Assembly (NCBI GenBank): GCA_029862975.1 | Contig: JAOTWP010000004.1 | Span: forward strand, 7,392 to 71,391 | Direction: 5' to 3' | Source: Acidobacteriota bacterium | GTDB lineage: Bacteria > Acidobacteriota > Thermoanaerobaculia > Multivoradales > JAHEKO01 | Length of the DNA: 64,000 bases | Part shown: positions 19,986 through 32,399 of the stretch, in pieces | Layout of the letters: every line of letters starts with the position of its first letter | Position numbering within the stretch: position 1 is the first letter of the stretch | Made by a program: the position numbers and the translations under genes | Notes under the pieces: model-generated | What the model saw: the letters and a program-made list of their open reading frames with translations, nothing else | Told to the model about the DNA's origin: nothing | Databases searched by the model: none

Positions 19986-20537
19986 ATGGGAGCCACCCGG
20001 ATCGAGATCCTCATCTCGCAGCAGCGCATCGAGCAGCGCCTCGACGAGCTGGCGGCTGCCATCGACGGCCGCCACGGAGGCGCCGAGGCGATCACCTGCG
20101 TCGGCGTGCTCAAGGGCTCGCTCTACTTCCTCTCGGACCTGACGCGCCGCCTGACGACCCCCGTCGAGATCGACTTCGTCCAGATCTCGAGCTACCGCGG
20201 CACGGTGCGCGGCCGGCTCGAGGTGAAGCGCCGCCCCCAGCTCGACCTCGCGGGCAAGCCGGTGATCCTCGTCGAGGACATCATCGACTCGGGCTACTCG
20301 GTGGCGGCCGCCATCGACATCCTCGAGGAGCACGGCGCCGTGCGCCCGGAGGTCTGCACCCTGCTCGACAAGGTCCCGGCCCGCGAGATCGACGTGCCGA
20401 TCACCTACCGTGGCTTCGAGGTCGGCGACGCCTTCGTCGTCGGCTACGGCCTCGACCTCGAAGAGCGCTACCGCAACCTCCCCTACATCGGCGTCGTCCA
20501 CGAGGACGCGGCGCCGGCCCCCGCGGACGACGCCTGA
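19986..20537 (+). CDS. hpt: hypoxanthine phosphoribosyltransferase
   Basis: PRPP motif VILVEDIIDSGYS and GYGLDLEERYRNLPYIG. Start taken at ATG 19986 (MGATRIEILIS). Confidence 0.85.
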   Translation: MGATRIEILISQQRIEQRLDELAAAIDGRHGGAEAITCVGVLKGSLYFLSDLTRRLTTPVEIDFVQISSYRGTVRGRLEVKRRPQLDLAGKPVILVEDIIDSGYSVAAAIDILEEHGAVRPEVCTLLDKVPAREIDVPITYRGFEVGDAFVVGYGLDLEERYRNLPYIGVVHEDAAPAPADDA

Positions 20538-20556
20538 GGCAGGTCGAGGAGGACGC

Positions 20557-20937
20557 ATGCAGCTCTTGCACACCGACCGGGCTCCCGAGGCCATCGGGCC
20601 GTACTCCCAGTCCGTCGCCTGCGACGGCTGGCTCTACACCGCGGGCCAGGTCGCCCTCGACCCGGCGACCGGCGAGCTGGCGGCCGAGGACTTCGCCGGG
20701 CAGGCCCGCCAGGTCCTGCGGAACCTCGAAGCCGTGCTGACGAACGCCGGCTGCGCCCCGCGCGACGTGGTGAAGGCGACCATCTACCTGGTGGACTTCG
20801 CGGACTTCGCCGAGCTCAACGCCCTCTACGCCGCCTTCATGGGCGACCACCGCCCGGCCCGCTCCACCGTCCAGGTCGCCGCCCTCCCCAAGGGCGCGCT
20901 CCTCGAGATCGACCTCGTCGCCCGCATCCCGCGCTGA
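20557..20937 (+). CDS. ridA: RidA/YjgF family reactive-intermediate deaminase
   Basis: MQLLHTDRAPEAIGPYSQSV...ARSTVQVAALPKGALLEIDLVA. GGAGGA upstream of the ATG at 20557. Confidence 0.85.
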   Translation: MQLLHTDRAPEAIGPYSQSVACDGWLYTAGQVALDPATGELAAEDFAGQARQVLRNLEAVLTNAGCAPRDVVKATIYLVDFADFAELNALYAAFMGDHRPARSTVQVAALPKGALLEIDLVARIPR

Positions 20938-20938
20938 G

Positions 20939-20958
20939 CTCCGGCGCCGGCGCCGGAG
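20939..20958. terminator. perfect 20-bp GC palindrome between convergent ridA and the M23 peptidase gene (candidate bidirectional terminator hairpin, no T-run)
   Basis: ctccggcgcc|ggcgccggag is its own reverse complement. Confidence 0.4.
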
Positions 20959-20988
20959 AGCGGCTGTCTCGGCGATTCCGAGGTCGAG

Positions 20989-21675
20989 CTACTCGGCAGC
21001 GTAGGTTCGCCCGGCCTCCAGCCCCTGCGGGTTCGGATCGGTGTTCCGGAAGTTGACCGAGATCGACGAGCAGTCCTCTCCCGTGCCTTCCAGCCCCGGG
21101 AGGTTGGAGCACGGGTGGACCGAGAAGTGGAGGTGGGGAACCCCGCCCGTGTTGCCGGTGTCCCCACTGCGGCCCACCGGCGCTCCGGCAGCGACGAGCT
21201 GGCCGACCTCCACCAGGTTGCCGTTGCGGGTCAGGTGCGAGTAGAGCGCCACCGTTCCGTCCTCGTGCTCGATCGTGACGAGATTGGTGCGCGACCGATC
21301 CCCGTCCTCGGCGCCACCGAGCGAGTGAACGACCACCCCCGAGCGGGCGGCCGTCACCGTCGTGCCGATCGGCATCAGGAAGTCGTAGCCGTTGCTCCAG
21401 AAGCCGGAATGGCCGAAGCCGGAGCAGTTGGCCTGGCTGACGACGTACGCGGTGCCCACCGGGTAAGGAAGCACGTAGGGCGAGGACTGCCACGGGCCGA
21501 AGGGGCCGCAGACGTCGGGCTCGGCACGCGGCTCGGTCGGGCGAGAGTGGTCGCACGCCGCAACCGAAAGCAAGAGGAAGGCGAGCGGGACGAAAGCTAC
21601 CGTCCACGAACGAGGGTCGGGGGGAGCTCGATGCCGAGAGGCCGTACCTCGAGAGCCAGGGCGCATCGTGTCCAT
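20989..21675 (-). CDS. M23 family metallopeptidase, lipoprotein
   Basis: Lipobox LLLSVAAC and an HxH motif VPHLHFSVH. Start taken at MDTMRPG (21675); ATG 21666 is also possible. Confidence 0.75.
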   Translation of the reverse strand: MDTMRPGSRGTASRHRAPPDPRSWTVAFVPLAFLLLSVAACDHSRPTEPRAEPDVCGPFGPWQSSPYVLPYPVGTAYVVSQANCSGFGHSGFWSNGYDFLMPIGTTVTAARSGVVVHSLGGAEDGDRSRTNLVTIEHEDGTVALYSHLTRNGNLVEVGQLVAAGAPVGRSGDTGNTGGVPHLHFSVHPCSNLPGLEGTGEDCSSISVNFRNTDPNPQGLEAGRTYAAE

Positions 21676-21787
21676 CGGGTGTCCCTCCACCCAGAGACGC
21701 GACGTCCGCGCCGGGAACCCGCAACGGTACCTGTGGGGATGCACGGCTCCTGCGGGGATGTGCTGCGCGGGCTGCCGTGATCGCGAC

Positions 21788-23698
<1,911 letters not shown>

Positions 23699-23819
23699 CG
23701 CGTCCTCATCCTGCCGTTCTTCCGTAGGGGTGATACGGGCGTCGGCACCCGAGGTTCAACGCCCCCGCGACCCGCGCCGCGCCCGGGCCGGCAACCATGC
23801 ATGCTAGCGTACCCGCGCG

Positions 23820-26411
23820 ATGCGCCCGCTCCCCGTTGCCGTGCTGCTCGGAGCCGTCGCCGGGGCGCTCGCCGGCACCGCCGCCGCCACCAGCCTGCCG
23901 CCCGAGCTGCGCATCTACACCCGCGAGGCGGGACCGCATCGGGTCACCTTCGAGGATCTCCAGGCCGTCGGCCTCGCCGCCGCCGGCGTGCCGAGCCGCC
24001 TCGTGAGCCTCGAGAGCGCGGGCCGCACCGTTCCCCTCCACCTGCGGGACGGCGGCGACGGCGTCTTCGGCCCCGGCGACTCGTTCGAGTTCGCCGCCGA
24101 GATCCTCGCCGGCGCCCACACCTACTTCCATCCCTACTCGCGCCACAACGTCTACTGGCTGCGCTGGGACGAGGCCCGCGCCCGCCGGCTGCCCGACGCC
24201 TCCCCCCCGCCCTACCCCGCCTCCTCCCCCGTCACGACGCTCACCCGCCGGGTCCATCTCGAAGAGGACCGCCTCCTCATCCGCCTTGCCGCCGCCGACG
24301 TCGCCGGCGTGGCGGAGCCCGAGATCTGGTACTGGGGCAAGATCACCAGCCACCGCGACTCGACGCCGTTCCGCGTGCCGCTCGACCTGCGGGACGCCGC
24401 GGAGGAGGCCCGGCTCGAGCTGACCGTGGCGATGCGCGGCCTCTCGACGTTGCCCGCGGCCCAGCGGTCGGACCGCGCCCACGACCATCAAGCGACGCTC
24501 GCCATCGGCGGGATCCTCGTCGGCAACACGGCCTGGACGGGCAAACAGCCCCACCTGTACTCCGGATCTCCCCTCCTGCCGGCGGCCCTCTACCAGTCGG
24601 AGGACGTGACCCTGGAGATCGCGATCGCGAACCGCAAGATCGCCGACGCCAAGGTCGTCGACGTCGCGATGATCGACTTCGTGGAGATCGCCTACCCGTC
24701 CAACGGCCGCGTGGGGGCCGGCGCGGTGCGGCTCGACCTCGCGCCGGACTTCCGGGGCGGCGGCGTCGAGCTCGTCCCGGCCGCCGCCGGCGACCTCGTC
24801 GTAACCGGCCGCGAGCTCGGGTGGCTGGAGCTCCCGGCCGCGGCCGGGCTGCCGCTGCGGTTTGCCGTTCCCGCCGGCGAGCGCTCGCTCTGGGTGGTCC
24901 CCGCCCCAGCCATCGCCAGGCCCGTCGCGATCGAGGCGGACCGCCCGAGCGAGCTGCGGCGCTCCGATCGCCAGGCGGACTACCTCATCATCGCCCACTC
25001 CTCGCTGCTGGAAGCCTCGCGGGAGCTCGTCGCCCTGCACCGCGGCGCCGGCCTCACGGTCGAGCTCGTCGACGTACAGGACGTCTACGACGAGTTCGGG
25101 TTCGGCATCGCGTCGCCAACGGCGATCCGCGATTTCGTGGCCCACGCCTACCACGACTGGCGGCCGCCGCGGCCCCGCTTCGTGCTCCTCGTCGGCGACG
25201 CCAGCTGGGACACCAAGAACGCGACCGTGGACGAGGCCAACTACGCCAACTGGGTCGGCCACCAGCTCCTGCGGGGCGACCGCTTCGTCGCCAAGGACAC
25301 CGCGGACTACGACGAGGCCCGCCGCAACGACCGCAACCTGATCCCGAGCTGGAACTACCACACCGCGGAGGGGCACGCCGCGAGCGACGGCTACTACACG
25401 CTGGTTGACGGCGGCGACGACCTGCCGGATCTGGCCCTCGGCCGGCTGCCCGTCGCCAGCCCGGAAGAGGTGCGCGCGATCACGGCGAAGGTCAGAAGCT
25501 ACCTGGAGGCCGCTCCCCTGGGACCGTGGCGCGGCCGCCTCGTGTGGATCAGCGGCGCGCTGGCGAGCCATCAGGAGCGCTCGATCCTGCTGGCGGGCGA
25601 GCTCGCCGCCGCGGGCCGCGCGCCGACGGTCGTCCTGCCGGGCGCCGCGGCCCGTCCGGAGGACCGGGAGCGGATCGTCGACGCCCTCGACGACGGCAGC
25701 GTGGTGACCCATTTCATCGGCCACGGCGGCCGCTTCATCTGGCGCACCGGCCCTCCGGACCTCGCGGACCAGGTCGACCTCTTCGACCTCGACGACCTCG
25801 AGCGCCTGCGGCCGAGCGCCGCCCTGCCCGTCGTCGTGAGCGTCTCCTGCTACTCCGCCCCCTTCGACCACCCCAGCGCCGACTCCATCGGCGAGGCCTT
25901 CCTGCGCCTCCCCGGCCGCGGCGCCATCGCCTTCATCGGCGCCTCCTGGCGCAACGCGCCCCCCATGTCGCTGAGCCGCCTGCTCGTCGGCGAGCTGTCG
26001 CGGCCGGGCACGGTCGGAGAGGCGCTGATGCACGTCAAGCGGCAGATCGCCCGGCCCTACGTGACCCATCTCTTCAACCTGCTCGGCGATCCCGCCGTTC
26101 CCGTCGCGGCGCCGCAGCGCGCCCTCGCGGTGACCCACCGCCTGGACGGCGCCGGCCTCGTCGTCGCCTTCGAGCTTCCCGGAGAGGCGGTGGGAGGGCG
26201 GGTCGCGCTCACCTATCTCGACGCCGACGGCCAGCCGCTGGACGGCGAAGAGCTCGCCGCAGACTCGGCCGCGATCTCGGTTCGGCGTCCCCCGGACCCG
26301 CGGATCCGGACCGTCGCCGTCTACTTCTGGAACGACGAGACCGGGGTCGACGGCGCCGGCGGAACGCTGCTCGCGGAGCCGGCGCCGGCCGTGGCAGCCG
26401 GGCAGGGCTAG
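23820..26411 (+). CDS. peptidase C25 (gingipain-like) family protein, secreted
   Basis: Signal-like [23 protein letters not shown]. Catalytic-type contexts [13 protein letters not shown] (His) and [13 protein letters not shown] (Cys). Confidence 0.7.
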   Translation: MRPLPVAVLLGAVAGALAGTAAATSLPPELRIYTREAGPHRVTFEDLQAVGLAAAGVPSRLVSLESAGRTVPLHLRDGGDGVFGPGDSFEFAAEILAGAHTYFHPYSRHNVYWLRWDEARARRLPDASPPPYPASSPVTTLTRRVHLEEDRLLIRLAAADVAGVAEPEIWYWGKITSHRDSTPFRVPLDLRDAAEEARLELTVAMRGLSTLPAAQRSDRAHDHQATLAIGGILVGNTAWTGKQPHLYSGSPLLPAALYQSEDVTLEIAIANRKIADAKVVDVAMIDFVEIAYPSNGRVGAGAVRLDLAPDFRGGGVELVPAAAGDLVVTGRELGWLELPAAAGLPLRFAVPAGERSLWVVPAPAIARPVAIEADRPSELRRSDRQADYLIIAHSSLLEASRELVALHRGAGLTVELVDVQDVYDEFGFGIASPTAIRDFVAHAYHDWRPPRPRFVLLVGDASWDTKNATVDEANYANWVGHQLLRGDRFVAKDTADYDEARRNDRNLIPSWNYHTAEGHAASDGYYTLVDGGDDLPDLALGRLPVASPEEVRAITAKVRSYLEAAPLGPWRGRLVWISGALASHQERSILLAGELAAAGRAPTVVLPGAAARPEDRERIVDALDDGSVVTHFIGHGGRFIWRTGPPDLADQVDLFDLDDLERLRPSAALPVVVSVSCYSAPFDHPSADSIGEAFLRLPGRGAIAFIGASWRNAPPMSLSRLLVGELSRPGTVGEALMHVKRQIARPYVTHLFNLLGDPAVPVAAPQRALAVTHRLDGAGLVVAFELPGEAVGGRVALTYLDADGQPLDGEELAADSAAISVRRPPDPRIRTVAVYFWNDETGVDGAGGTLLAEPAPAVAAGQG

Positions 26412-27439
26412 CCGGCGGCCAGGGAGGCGATCGCGTCGAGGGCGCGGCCGAGCCCCGCGTCGTCGACGTCGCGGTGGGTCACGAAGCGGATCCGGCGGCG
26501 GTCGATGGCCAGCGCCAGGACGCCCCGGGCGCCCAGCTCGCGCTGCCAGCGGGGGGCGTCCGCGACCTCGGCGACGACGATGTTGGTCTCGACGCCCTGC
26601 GGGTCGACCGCAGCATCCGGGCGCGCCGCCAGCGCCGCGCCGAGCCGCCGCGCACGGCGGTGGTCGTCCGCCAGCCGGGCCGGCCCCTCCGCGAGGGCGA
26701 CCAGGCCGGCCGCGGCGAGCACTCCCGCCTGCCGCATGCCGCCGCCGAGCATCCGGCGCACCCGCCGAGCCTCCGCCACGAGCTCGCGCGAGCCGCAGAG
26801 CAGCGACCCCACCGGCGCGCCGAGCCCCTTCGAGAGGCAGAACATGACGGCGTCGAAGCCCCGCGCCAGCGACGCCGCGTCGACGCCGAGGAACGTCGCG
26901 GCGTTGAAGATCCGCGCCCCGTCGAGGTGGGTCGGGAGGCCGTGCGCCGCGGCGACGGCCAGCAGGCTCTCGAGGCAGCGGCGCGGGTAGACCGTGCCGC
27001 CCGCCATGTTCGCGCTGTTCTCCACCGACAGCACGCCGGTCGGCGTCCGGTAGGGCTGGCCGGGGTTGACGGCGGCGGCCACGTCCGCCGCGTCCATGAG
27101 CCCGCGCCGCCCCGCCACCGGCCGCGGCAGCAGCCCCGAGAGGACGGCCATGGCCGCCATCTCCCACTCGACGACGTGGCTCGACGCCTCGCAGATCACC
27201 TCGCTGCCCGGCGCGGCGAGGACGTGGAGGGCGATCTCGTTGCCCATGATGCCGCTGGGGACGAAGAGGGCGCCGGCGGTGCCGATCCTCTCGGCCGCCG
27301 CCTCTTCGAGCCGCCGCACCGTCGGGTCCTCGCCGAAGGCGTCGTCCCCGACCTCGGCGGCGGCCATGGCCCGCCGCATCGCCGCGTCGGGCCGCGTTAC
27401 GGTGTCGGAGCGCAGGTCGACGACCGGGGCGGCGCTCAC
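26408..27439 (-). CDS. ltaE: low-specificity L-threonine aldolase
   Basis: GTG at 27439 overlaps the hemW stop (GTGA). [30 protein letters not shown] and [12 protein letters not shown] (PLP Lys) motifs. Confidence 0.85.
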   Translation of the reverse strand: MSAAPVVDLRSDTVTRPDAAMRRAMAAAEVGDDAFGEDPTVRRLEEAAAERIGTAGALFVPSGIMGNEIALHVLAAPGSEVICEASSHVVEWEMAAMAVLSGLLPRPVAGRRGLMDAADVAAAVNPGQPYRTPTGVLSVENSANMAGGTVYPRRCLESLLAVAAAHGLPTHLDGARIFNAATFLGVDAASLARGFDAVMFCLSKGLGAPVGSLLCGSRELVAEARRVRRMLGGGMRQAGVLAAAGLVALAEGPARLADDHRRARRLGAALAARPDAAVDPQGVETNIVVAEVADAPRWQRELGARGVLALAIDRRRIRFVTHRDVDDAGLGRALDAIASLAAG

Positions 27440-28581
27440 GCGATCGCCTCCCGCCAGCCGAGGATCTCGCCCAGCACGGCGTTCGAGACGAGAAAGCCCC
27501 CGGCCGTGAACCGCACCCGCCCCGCCACCAGCTCGAGGTGGGGGCGGACGGCCGCCACCCGCCGGGCGAGCTCGGCCGGGGCCAGCGCCAGCCGCTCGGC
27601 GAGCCGCTCCAGCGCCAGGCCTTCGCTCAGCCGCAGCCCGAGGAAGATCTCTTCGGCGAGCGGGTCCGAGTCCTCGGCCTCTTCCGCCAGGGGGTCGGCG
27701 AGGTAGGCCGCGAGGTCGGCCGGCCGCCGCCAGCGGCGCGTCCCCACGCAGGAGTGCGCCGAGGGGCCGAAGCCGAGGAAGGAGCGGCGGCGCCAGTACT
27801 TGAGGTTGTGGCGGCAGCGCGCGCCGGGCCGCGCGAAGTTCGAGATCTCGTACTGCGCGAGCCCCGCTGCCGGAAGGCGCTCGGCGAGCCACTCGTAGCG
27901 CCGGCACTGGGCCTCCTCGGCCGGGAAGAGCCCGGGGCGGCGGCGGCGCAGCCCGTCGATCTCGCTGCCGGGGTGCACCTCGAGCAGGTAGACGCTGACG
28001 TGGTCGGTGGCCAGCTCGATCGCCCCCTCGACCGTCCGCCGGAAGCTCGCCGCCGTCTGGCCGGGGATGCCGAGCAGGAGGTCGACGCTCAGGTTGTCGA
28101 AGCCGGCCCCGCGCGCCCAGGCCACGCAGTCGGCCGCCCGCCGCGCGTCGTGGCGGCGGCCGAGCAGCGAGAGCTCGCGGTCGCACAGCGACTGCATGCC
28201 GAGGCTCAGCCGGTTGACGCCGGCCGCGCGGTAGGCCGCGAGCCGCTCGGGAGAGAGGTCCGAAGGGTTCGCCTCCATCGAGACCTCGCAGCCGGCCGCC
28301 AGCCCGAAGCGGCTCTCGAGCGCCGCGAGGACTCCCGCCACCTGGAGCGGGTCGAGCAGCGACGGCGTGCCGCCGCCCAGGAACACCGAGTCCGGCGCCG
28401 CCGCCCCACCGGGCGCCGCCGCGTGGCGGATCTCCCGTTCGAGGGCGGCGAGAAAGCGCTCCATGCGAGCGGCGTTCTCGCCGACGCGGTAGAAGTCGCA
28501 GTAGCGGCAGCGGGTGCGGCAGAACGGGACGTGGACGTAGAGCCCGAGAGCCTCGCGGGCCGGGGCCGGGAACGCCGTCAT
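27436..28581 (-). CDS. hemW: radical SAM heme chaperone HemW (HemN-like, oxygen-independent coproporphyrinogen oxidase family)
   Basis: ATG at 28581 (ATGA overlap). [16 protein letters not shown] CxxxCxxC motif and GGGTPSLL. Confidence 0.85.
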   Translation of the reverse strand: MTAFPAPAREALGLYVHVPFCRTRCRYCDFYRVGENAARMERFLAALEREIRHAAAPGGAAAPDSVFLGGGTPSLLDPLQVAGVLAALESRFGLAAGCEVSMEANPSDLSPERLAAYRAAGVNRLSLGMQSLCDRELSLLGRRHDARRAADCVAWARGAGFDNLSVDLLLGIPGQTAASFRRTVEGAIELATDHVSVYLLEVHPGSEIDGLRRRRPGLFPAEEAQCRRYEWLAERLPAAGLAQYEISNFARPGARCRHNLKYWRRRSFLGFGPSAHSCVGTRRWRRPADLAAYLADPLAEEAEDSDPLAEEIFLGLRLSEGLALERLAERLALAPAELARRVAAVRPHLELVAGRVRFTAGGFLVSNAVLGEILGWREAIA

Positions 28582-29564
28582 GGCGCCAGGTACTCCTCCT
28601 CGAGCTCGCGGCGCAGGCTCGCGGGCCGGCCGGCGGCCAGGTCTTCGACGACCCGGCGGCTCTCGCCGCCGAGCCAGGGCAAGACGTCGAGGTTGCCCTC
28701 GCGGGCCAGCGCCTCGAGGTCGTGTGGCGAGCGGTCCAGCCAGCGCGAGGCGCGCAGGAGCTCCTGCCCCGCCGCCTCGCTTCGCCCGAGCCCCAACCAC
28801 AGCTCGGCGACGTGGGCGAGCTCGGCGGCGGCGCGCCGCGAGAAGCGGGCGCGGGGGCTGCCGGCCAGCTCGGGCCGCCGCGGGAAGGCGCCGAGCCCGC
28901 GCCGCGCGGCCGCCCGCGCGAACGCCCGGCCGTCGGGCCGGCGGCCGTGGAACAGCGCCTGGTAGCCGGCCTCGTCCGTGAACTCGGCCAGCCGCCGGCA
29001 GTCGGCCGGCTCGAGCGCCAGCGGCAGCGGCAGGACGGTCTCGAGCCCCGCCCGCGCGAGAGCCGCCAGCCCGACCTCCCACTCGTCCGGATCGTCGGTC
29101 AGCCCCGGAATGAGGGGCCACACCGCCGCGCGCAGCGTCGTCTCGAGCTCGCCCAGCCGCCGCCCGCCGGCGACGAGCAGGGTCTCGAGGAGGTCGAGCA
29201 CGTCCTCCTCGCGGCCGCCTGCTTCGCCGGGCCGGCGCTGGGTGAGCAGGGGCACCGAGGCCCGCTCGAGCTCGCGGGCGACCTCGTCGCGCGCCGCCCG
29301 GTGCTCCTCGTCGACCGGCGGCAGGTAGACGAGATCGTCGACCGCTCGCGGATCGATCCGCGGCACGCCGCCCGGCCGCGCCGCCCCGAGCCGCCGCTCG
29401 GCCAGGTGGCACCACAGCCCGCCGGCGCCCGGCCACGACCGGGGGCAGCAGCAGATCCAGAGCCGCGCAGGATCGGGCAGGTAGCGCCGCAGCGCCGTGG
29501 GCCGCGGCTCCCCGCTCACGGCCCGGGTCCGCGGGGCGGGCGAGGAGGGCGCGCGCGGCGACAC
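28578..29564 (-). CDS. hypothetical protein (no family recognised)
   Basis: 328-aa ORF coupled (ATGA) to hemW and 16 nt downstream of ftsY, with coding-like codon usage. The N-terminal ~40 aa are uncertain. Confidence 0.55.
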   Translation of the reverse strand: MSPRAPSSPAPRTRAVSGEPRPTALRRYLPDPARLWICCCPRSWPGAGGLWCHLAERRLGAARPGGVPRIDPRAVDDLVYLPPVDEEHRAARDEVARELERASVPLLTQRRPGEAGGREEDVLDLLETLLVAGGRRLGELETTLRAAVWPLIPGLTDDPDEWEVGLAALARAGLETVLPLPLALEPADCRRLAEFTDEAGYQALFHGRRPDGRAFARAAARRGLGAFPRRPELAGSPRARFSRRAAAELAHVAELWLGLGRSEAAGQELLRASRWLDRSPHDLEALAREGNLDVLPWLGGESRRVVEDLAAGRPASLRRELEEEYLAP

Positions 29565-29580
29565 CGGTCCACCTCCGCGC

Positions 29581-30546
29581 TCACCCCAGGAGCGCGGCGG
29601 CGAATTCCCGCGGCCGGAACTCGACCAGGTCGTCCGCCGCCTCCCCGACGCCGAGGTAGACGATCGGCAGCCGCAGCTCGCGGGCGATGGCGACGGCCAC
29701 GCCGCCCTTCGCCGTGCCGTCGAGCTTGGCCAGGATGATCCCGTCGACGGCGACGCTGCGCACGAACTCGCGCGCCTGGGCGACGGCGTTCTGGCCCGTC
29801 GTGGCGTCGAGCACGAGCAGGCGGCGCTGCTGCCATCCCGCGGCCTCGCGGTCGATCACCCGCTTGATCTTGGCGAGCTCGGCCATGAGATGGTCCTTGG
29901 TGTGAAGGCGCCCGGCGGTGTCGACGATCACCTGATCGACGCCGCGGGCGCGGGCCGCCTGCAGGGCGTCGAAGACCACGGCCGCGGGGTCGGCGCCCGG
30001 CCCCTGTTTGACGACGTCGACCTCCAGCCGCTGCGCCCAGAGCGTCAGCTGCTCCACCGCTGCGGCGCGGAAGGTGTCCGCCGCCGCCAGCAGCACGCGC
30101 TCGCCGTCCGCCAGCGCGCGGCGCGCCAGCTTGGCCGCCGTCGTCGTCTTGCCGACGCCGTTGACGCCCACGAGGAGCGTGACGAGGGGCCCGGGGCGGC
30201 GCGGCGCCGGGCGCGGGGCGTCCAGCAAGAGGAGGGCCATCTCGTCCACGAGGCGCTCCCGCAGACGCAGTGGGTCGAGCGCCTCGCGCTGCTTGACGTC
30301 CCGGCGCAGCTCGTCGACGAGCTCGAGCGCCGTCTCGACCCCGAGGTCGGCCGCGATCAGGCCCTCCTCGAGATGCTCGAGGGTCTCCTCGTCGAGCACC
30401 GCGCGCCCCTCGATCGCCGCCTCGACGCGGTCGAAGACCTCCGTGTGGGTCATCAGGAGACCGCGCTTGAGCTTGCCCCAGAAGGAGCTCTTGCGCCGCT
30501 CCGGGGCCGCCGACTCCGGCGCGATCTGCAGCCGTTCCTCGCTCAT
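29581..30546 (-). CDS. ftsY: signal recognition particle receptor FtsY
   Basis: LLVGVNGVGKTTTAAKLA, DTAGRLH and AKLDGTAKGG motifs. Confidence 0.9.
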   Translation of the reverse strand: MSEERLQIAPESAAPERRKSSFWGKLKRGLLMTHTEVFDRVEAAIEGRAVLDEETLEHLEEGLIAADLGVETALELVDELRRDVKQREALDPLRLRERLVDEMALLLLDAPRPAPRRPGPLVTLLVGVNGVGKTTTAAKLARRALADGERVLLAAADTFRAAAVEQLTLWAQRLEVDVVKQGPGADPAAVVFDALQAARARGVDQVIVDTAGRLHTKDHLMAELAKIKRVIDREAAGWQQRRLLVLDATTGQNAVAQAREFVRSVAVDGIILAKLDGTAKGGVAVAIARELRLPIVYLGVGEAADDLVEFRPREFAAALLG

Positions 30547-30598
30547 CAGGGGAGCGATGCTAGCAGGCCCGGCCGGCCGGCGGCGGCGCCGCCGGTCG

Positions 30599-32368
30599 CT
30601 AGTGGGACACCGACAGATCGACCGGATCGGGTTGGGCGGCCGGCGCCTCGGACCGCCCCGGCAGCTCGATGTCGCCGGCCTCGTGGGCGGCCATGAACGC
30701 CGCCACCACCCGGGCGTCGAAACGGCTGCCGACGAGCTCCTCGAGGCGGGCCAGGGCCGCGGCGGGCGTGAAGCCGCGCTGGTAGGGACGATCCGTCGTG
30801 ATGGCGTCCGCCGTGTCCGCCACGGCCACGATGCGGGTCATGAGCGCGATGCGGTCGCCGGCCAGTCCGTCCGGGTAGCCGGTCCCGTCGAGGCTCTCGT
30901 GATGCGAGCGGATGACCGGCACCACCTCGTGGAGCTGGTCGATCTGGCTCATGATCCGGGCGCCGATGACGGTATGGAGCTTCATCTGCTCGAACTCCTC
31001 GCGCGACAAGGTCGTCCCCTTGCGCAGGATGCGGTCCTCGACGCCGATCTTGCCGACGTCGTGGATGAGACCGGCGACCCAGGCCTGCTCCTGCTGGTCG
31101 CGAGCGAGGCCGAGGTGCGCGGCGATCGCCCTGCTGTAGCGCGCCACCCGCTCCGAGTGGCCGCGGGTGTAGGGGTCCTTGGCGTCGATCGCCGCCGCGA
31201 AGGCCTTGAGGACCCCCAGGAAGAGCTCGCGATTGAGCTGGGCGGCGTCCTTGAGCTGGGAGACGTACTCCTCGACGTAGCCGCTCATCAGGTTGAAGTT
31301 GCTGGCCAGGTCGTTGAGCTCGCGGCCCAGGTCGCTGCCCTCGAGCCGGCGCCCGAAGTTGCCCGAAGCCATCTCCGCCGCGCCGTCGCTCAAGCGCTGG
31401 ATCGGCTGGCTCAAGCGGCGGGCGAGCGACCCGGCGAGGAGGAAGGCCAGGCCCAGCAGGACGGCGGTCGACAGCGCCGCCTTGGCGATCATCTCCCGCA
31501 CCGGCGTGTAGGCCGCCGCCGCCGGCTTCTGGACGATGACCCCCCAGCCGGTCTCCGGCACCGGGCTGGCCCGCCCCAGGATGCGCACGGCGGAGCCGCC
31601 TTGGCGCAGGACGTACTCCTGGGTCATCGACAGGGGCGAATCGACGAAGTCGCGAACCAGCCGCGAGGTCGCGAGCCCCTGGACGGTCTGGGGGTCCGCC
31701 GCGCCCCACCACAGCATCGTGCCGTCGCGCTGGATGAGGAACACGGCCGCGTCCCCCTCGGCCTCCTGCTGGAAGAGCACCTCCATCGGCCGCAGGCGGA
31801 TCGCCGCTTCGACGAAGACCTGCGGCGCGCCCTCGGCGTCGAAGATCGGCACCGCGATCACCGTCAGCGGCGCGCCGCCGGCGGGCACGACGACGAAGCG
31901 GTAGGAGCGCCCGCCCGAGTCCACCGCGTCCTGGAAGGTCCCGTCCATCGCGGTCTGGACGGCCGGCGAGAGATCGTCCGGCGCCAGATAGGGACCGTTG
32001 CCGCCGCCGCTCAAGACCCGCAGGGCGACGACGTTGGGATTCGAGACGAGGAAGTCTTCGAGATAGCCCGCGAACCACGACGACCGCAGCTTGCCCTCGA
32101 CGTCGCGGACCGGCGGCGTCGCCAGCACCGCGCCGCCGAGCTGCTGCAGCTGGCGCCGCGTGGAGGCGAGGTAGCTCGAAAGCTCCACCGAGAGCGTCTC
32201 CGCCGCCCGCGTGAGATAGCTGCGCTCCTGGGTCTCCAGGATCTCCCGGTTCTGCTGGATCAGGAGGACGCTGCTCAGCGCCAGAGGCACGATCCCGACC
32301 GCGAGCAGGAAGACGAAGAACAGGCGGCTCAGCGGAGCGCGTCGCGCGATGTGGCGGAGAGCGGTCAT
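30599..32368 (-). CDS. HD-GYP c-di-GMP phosphodiesterase with N-terminal TM/Cache-like sensor and HAMP
   Basis: ATG at 32368 (MTALRHIARR...). Two TM segments flank a periplasmic domain. HAMP (SQPIQRLSDGAAEMASGNF), HDVGK, and HHESLDGTGYP. Confidence 0.85.
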   Translation of the reverse strand: MTALRHIARRAPLSRLFFVFLLAVGIVPLALSSVLLIQQNREILETQERSYLTRAAETLSVELSSYLASTRRQLQQLGGAVLATPPVRDVEGKLRSSWFAGYLEDFLVSNPNVVALRVLSGGGNGPYLAPDDLSPAVQTAMDGTFQDAVDSGGRSYRFVVVPAGGAPLTVIAVPIFDAEGAPQVFVEAAIRLRPMEVLFQQEAEGDAAVFLIQRDGTMLWWGAADPQTVQGLATSRLVRDFVDSPLSMTQEYVLRQGGSAVRILGRASPVPETGWGVIVQKPAAAAYTPVREMIAKAALSTAVLLGLAFLLAGSLARRLSQPIQRLSDGAAEMASGNFGRRLEGSDLGRELNDLASNFNLMSGYVEEYVSQLKDAAQLNRELFLGVLKAFAAAIDAKDPYTRGHSERVARYSRAIAAHLGLARDQQEQAWVAGLIHDVGKIGVEDRILRKGTTLSREEFEQMKLHTVIGARIMSQIDQLHEVVPVIRSHHESLDGTGYPDGLAGDRIALMTRIVAVADTADAITTDRPYQRGFTPAAALARLEELVGSRFDARVVAAFMAAHEAGDIELPGRSEAPAAQPDPVDLSVSH

Positions 32369-32399
32369 CGTTCGGGGCGGCCGAAGGCTGCCCGCCAGC

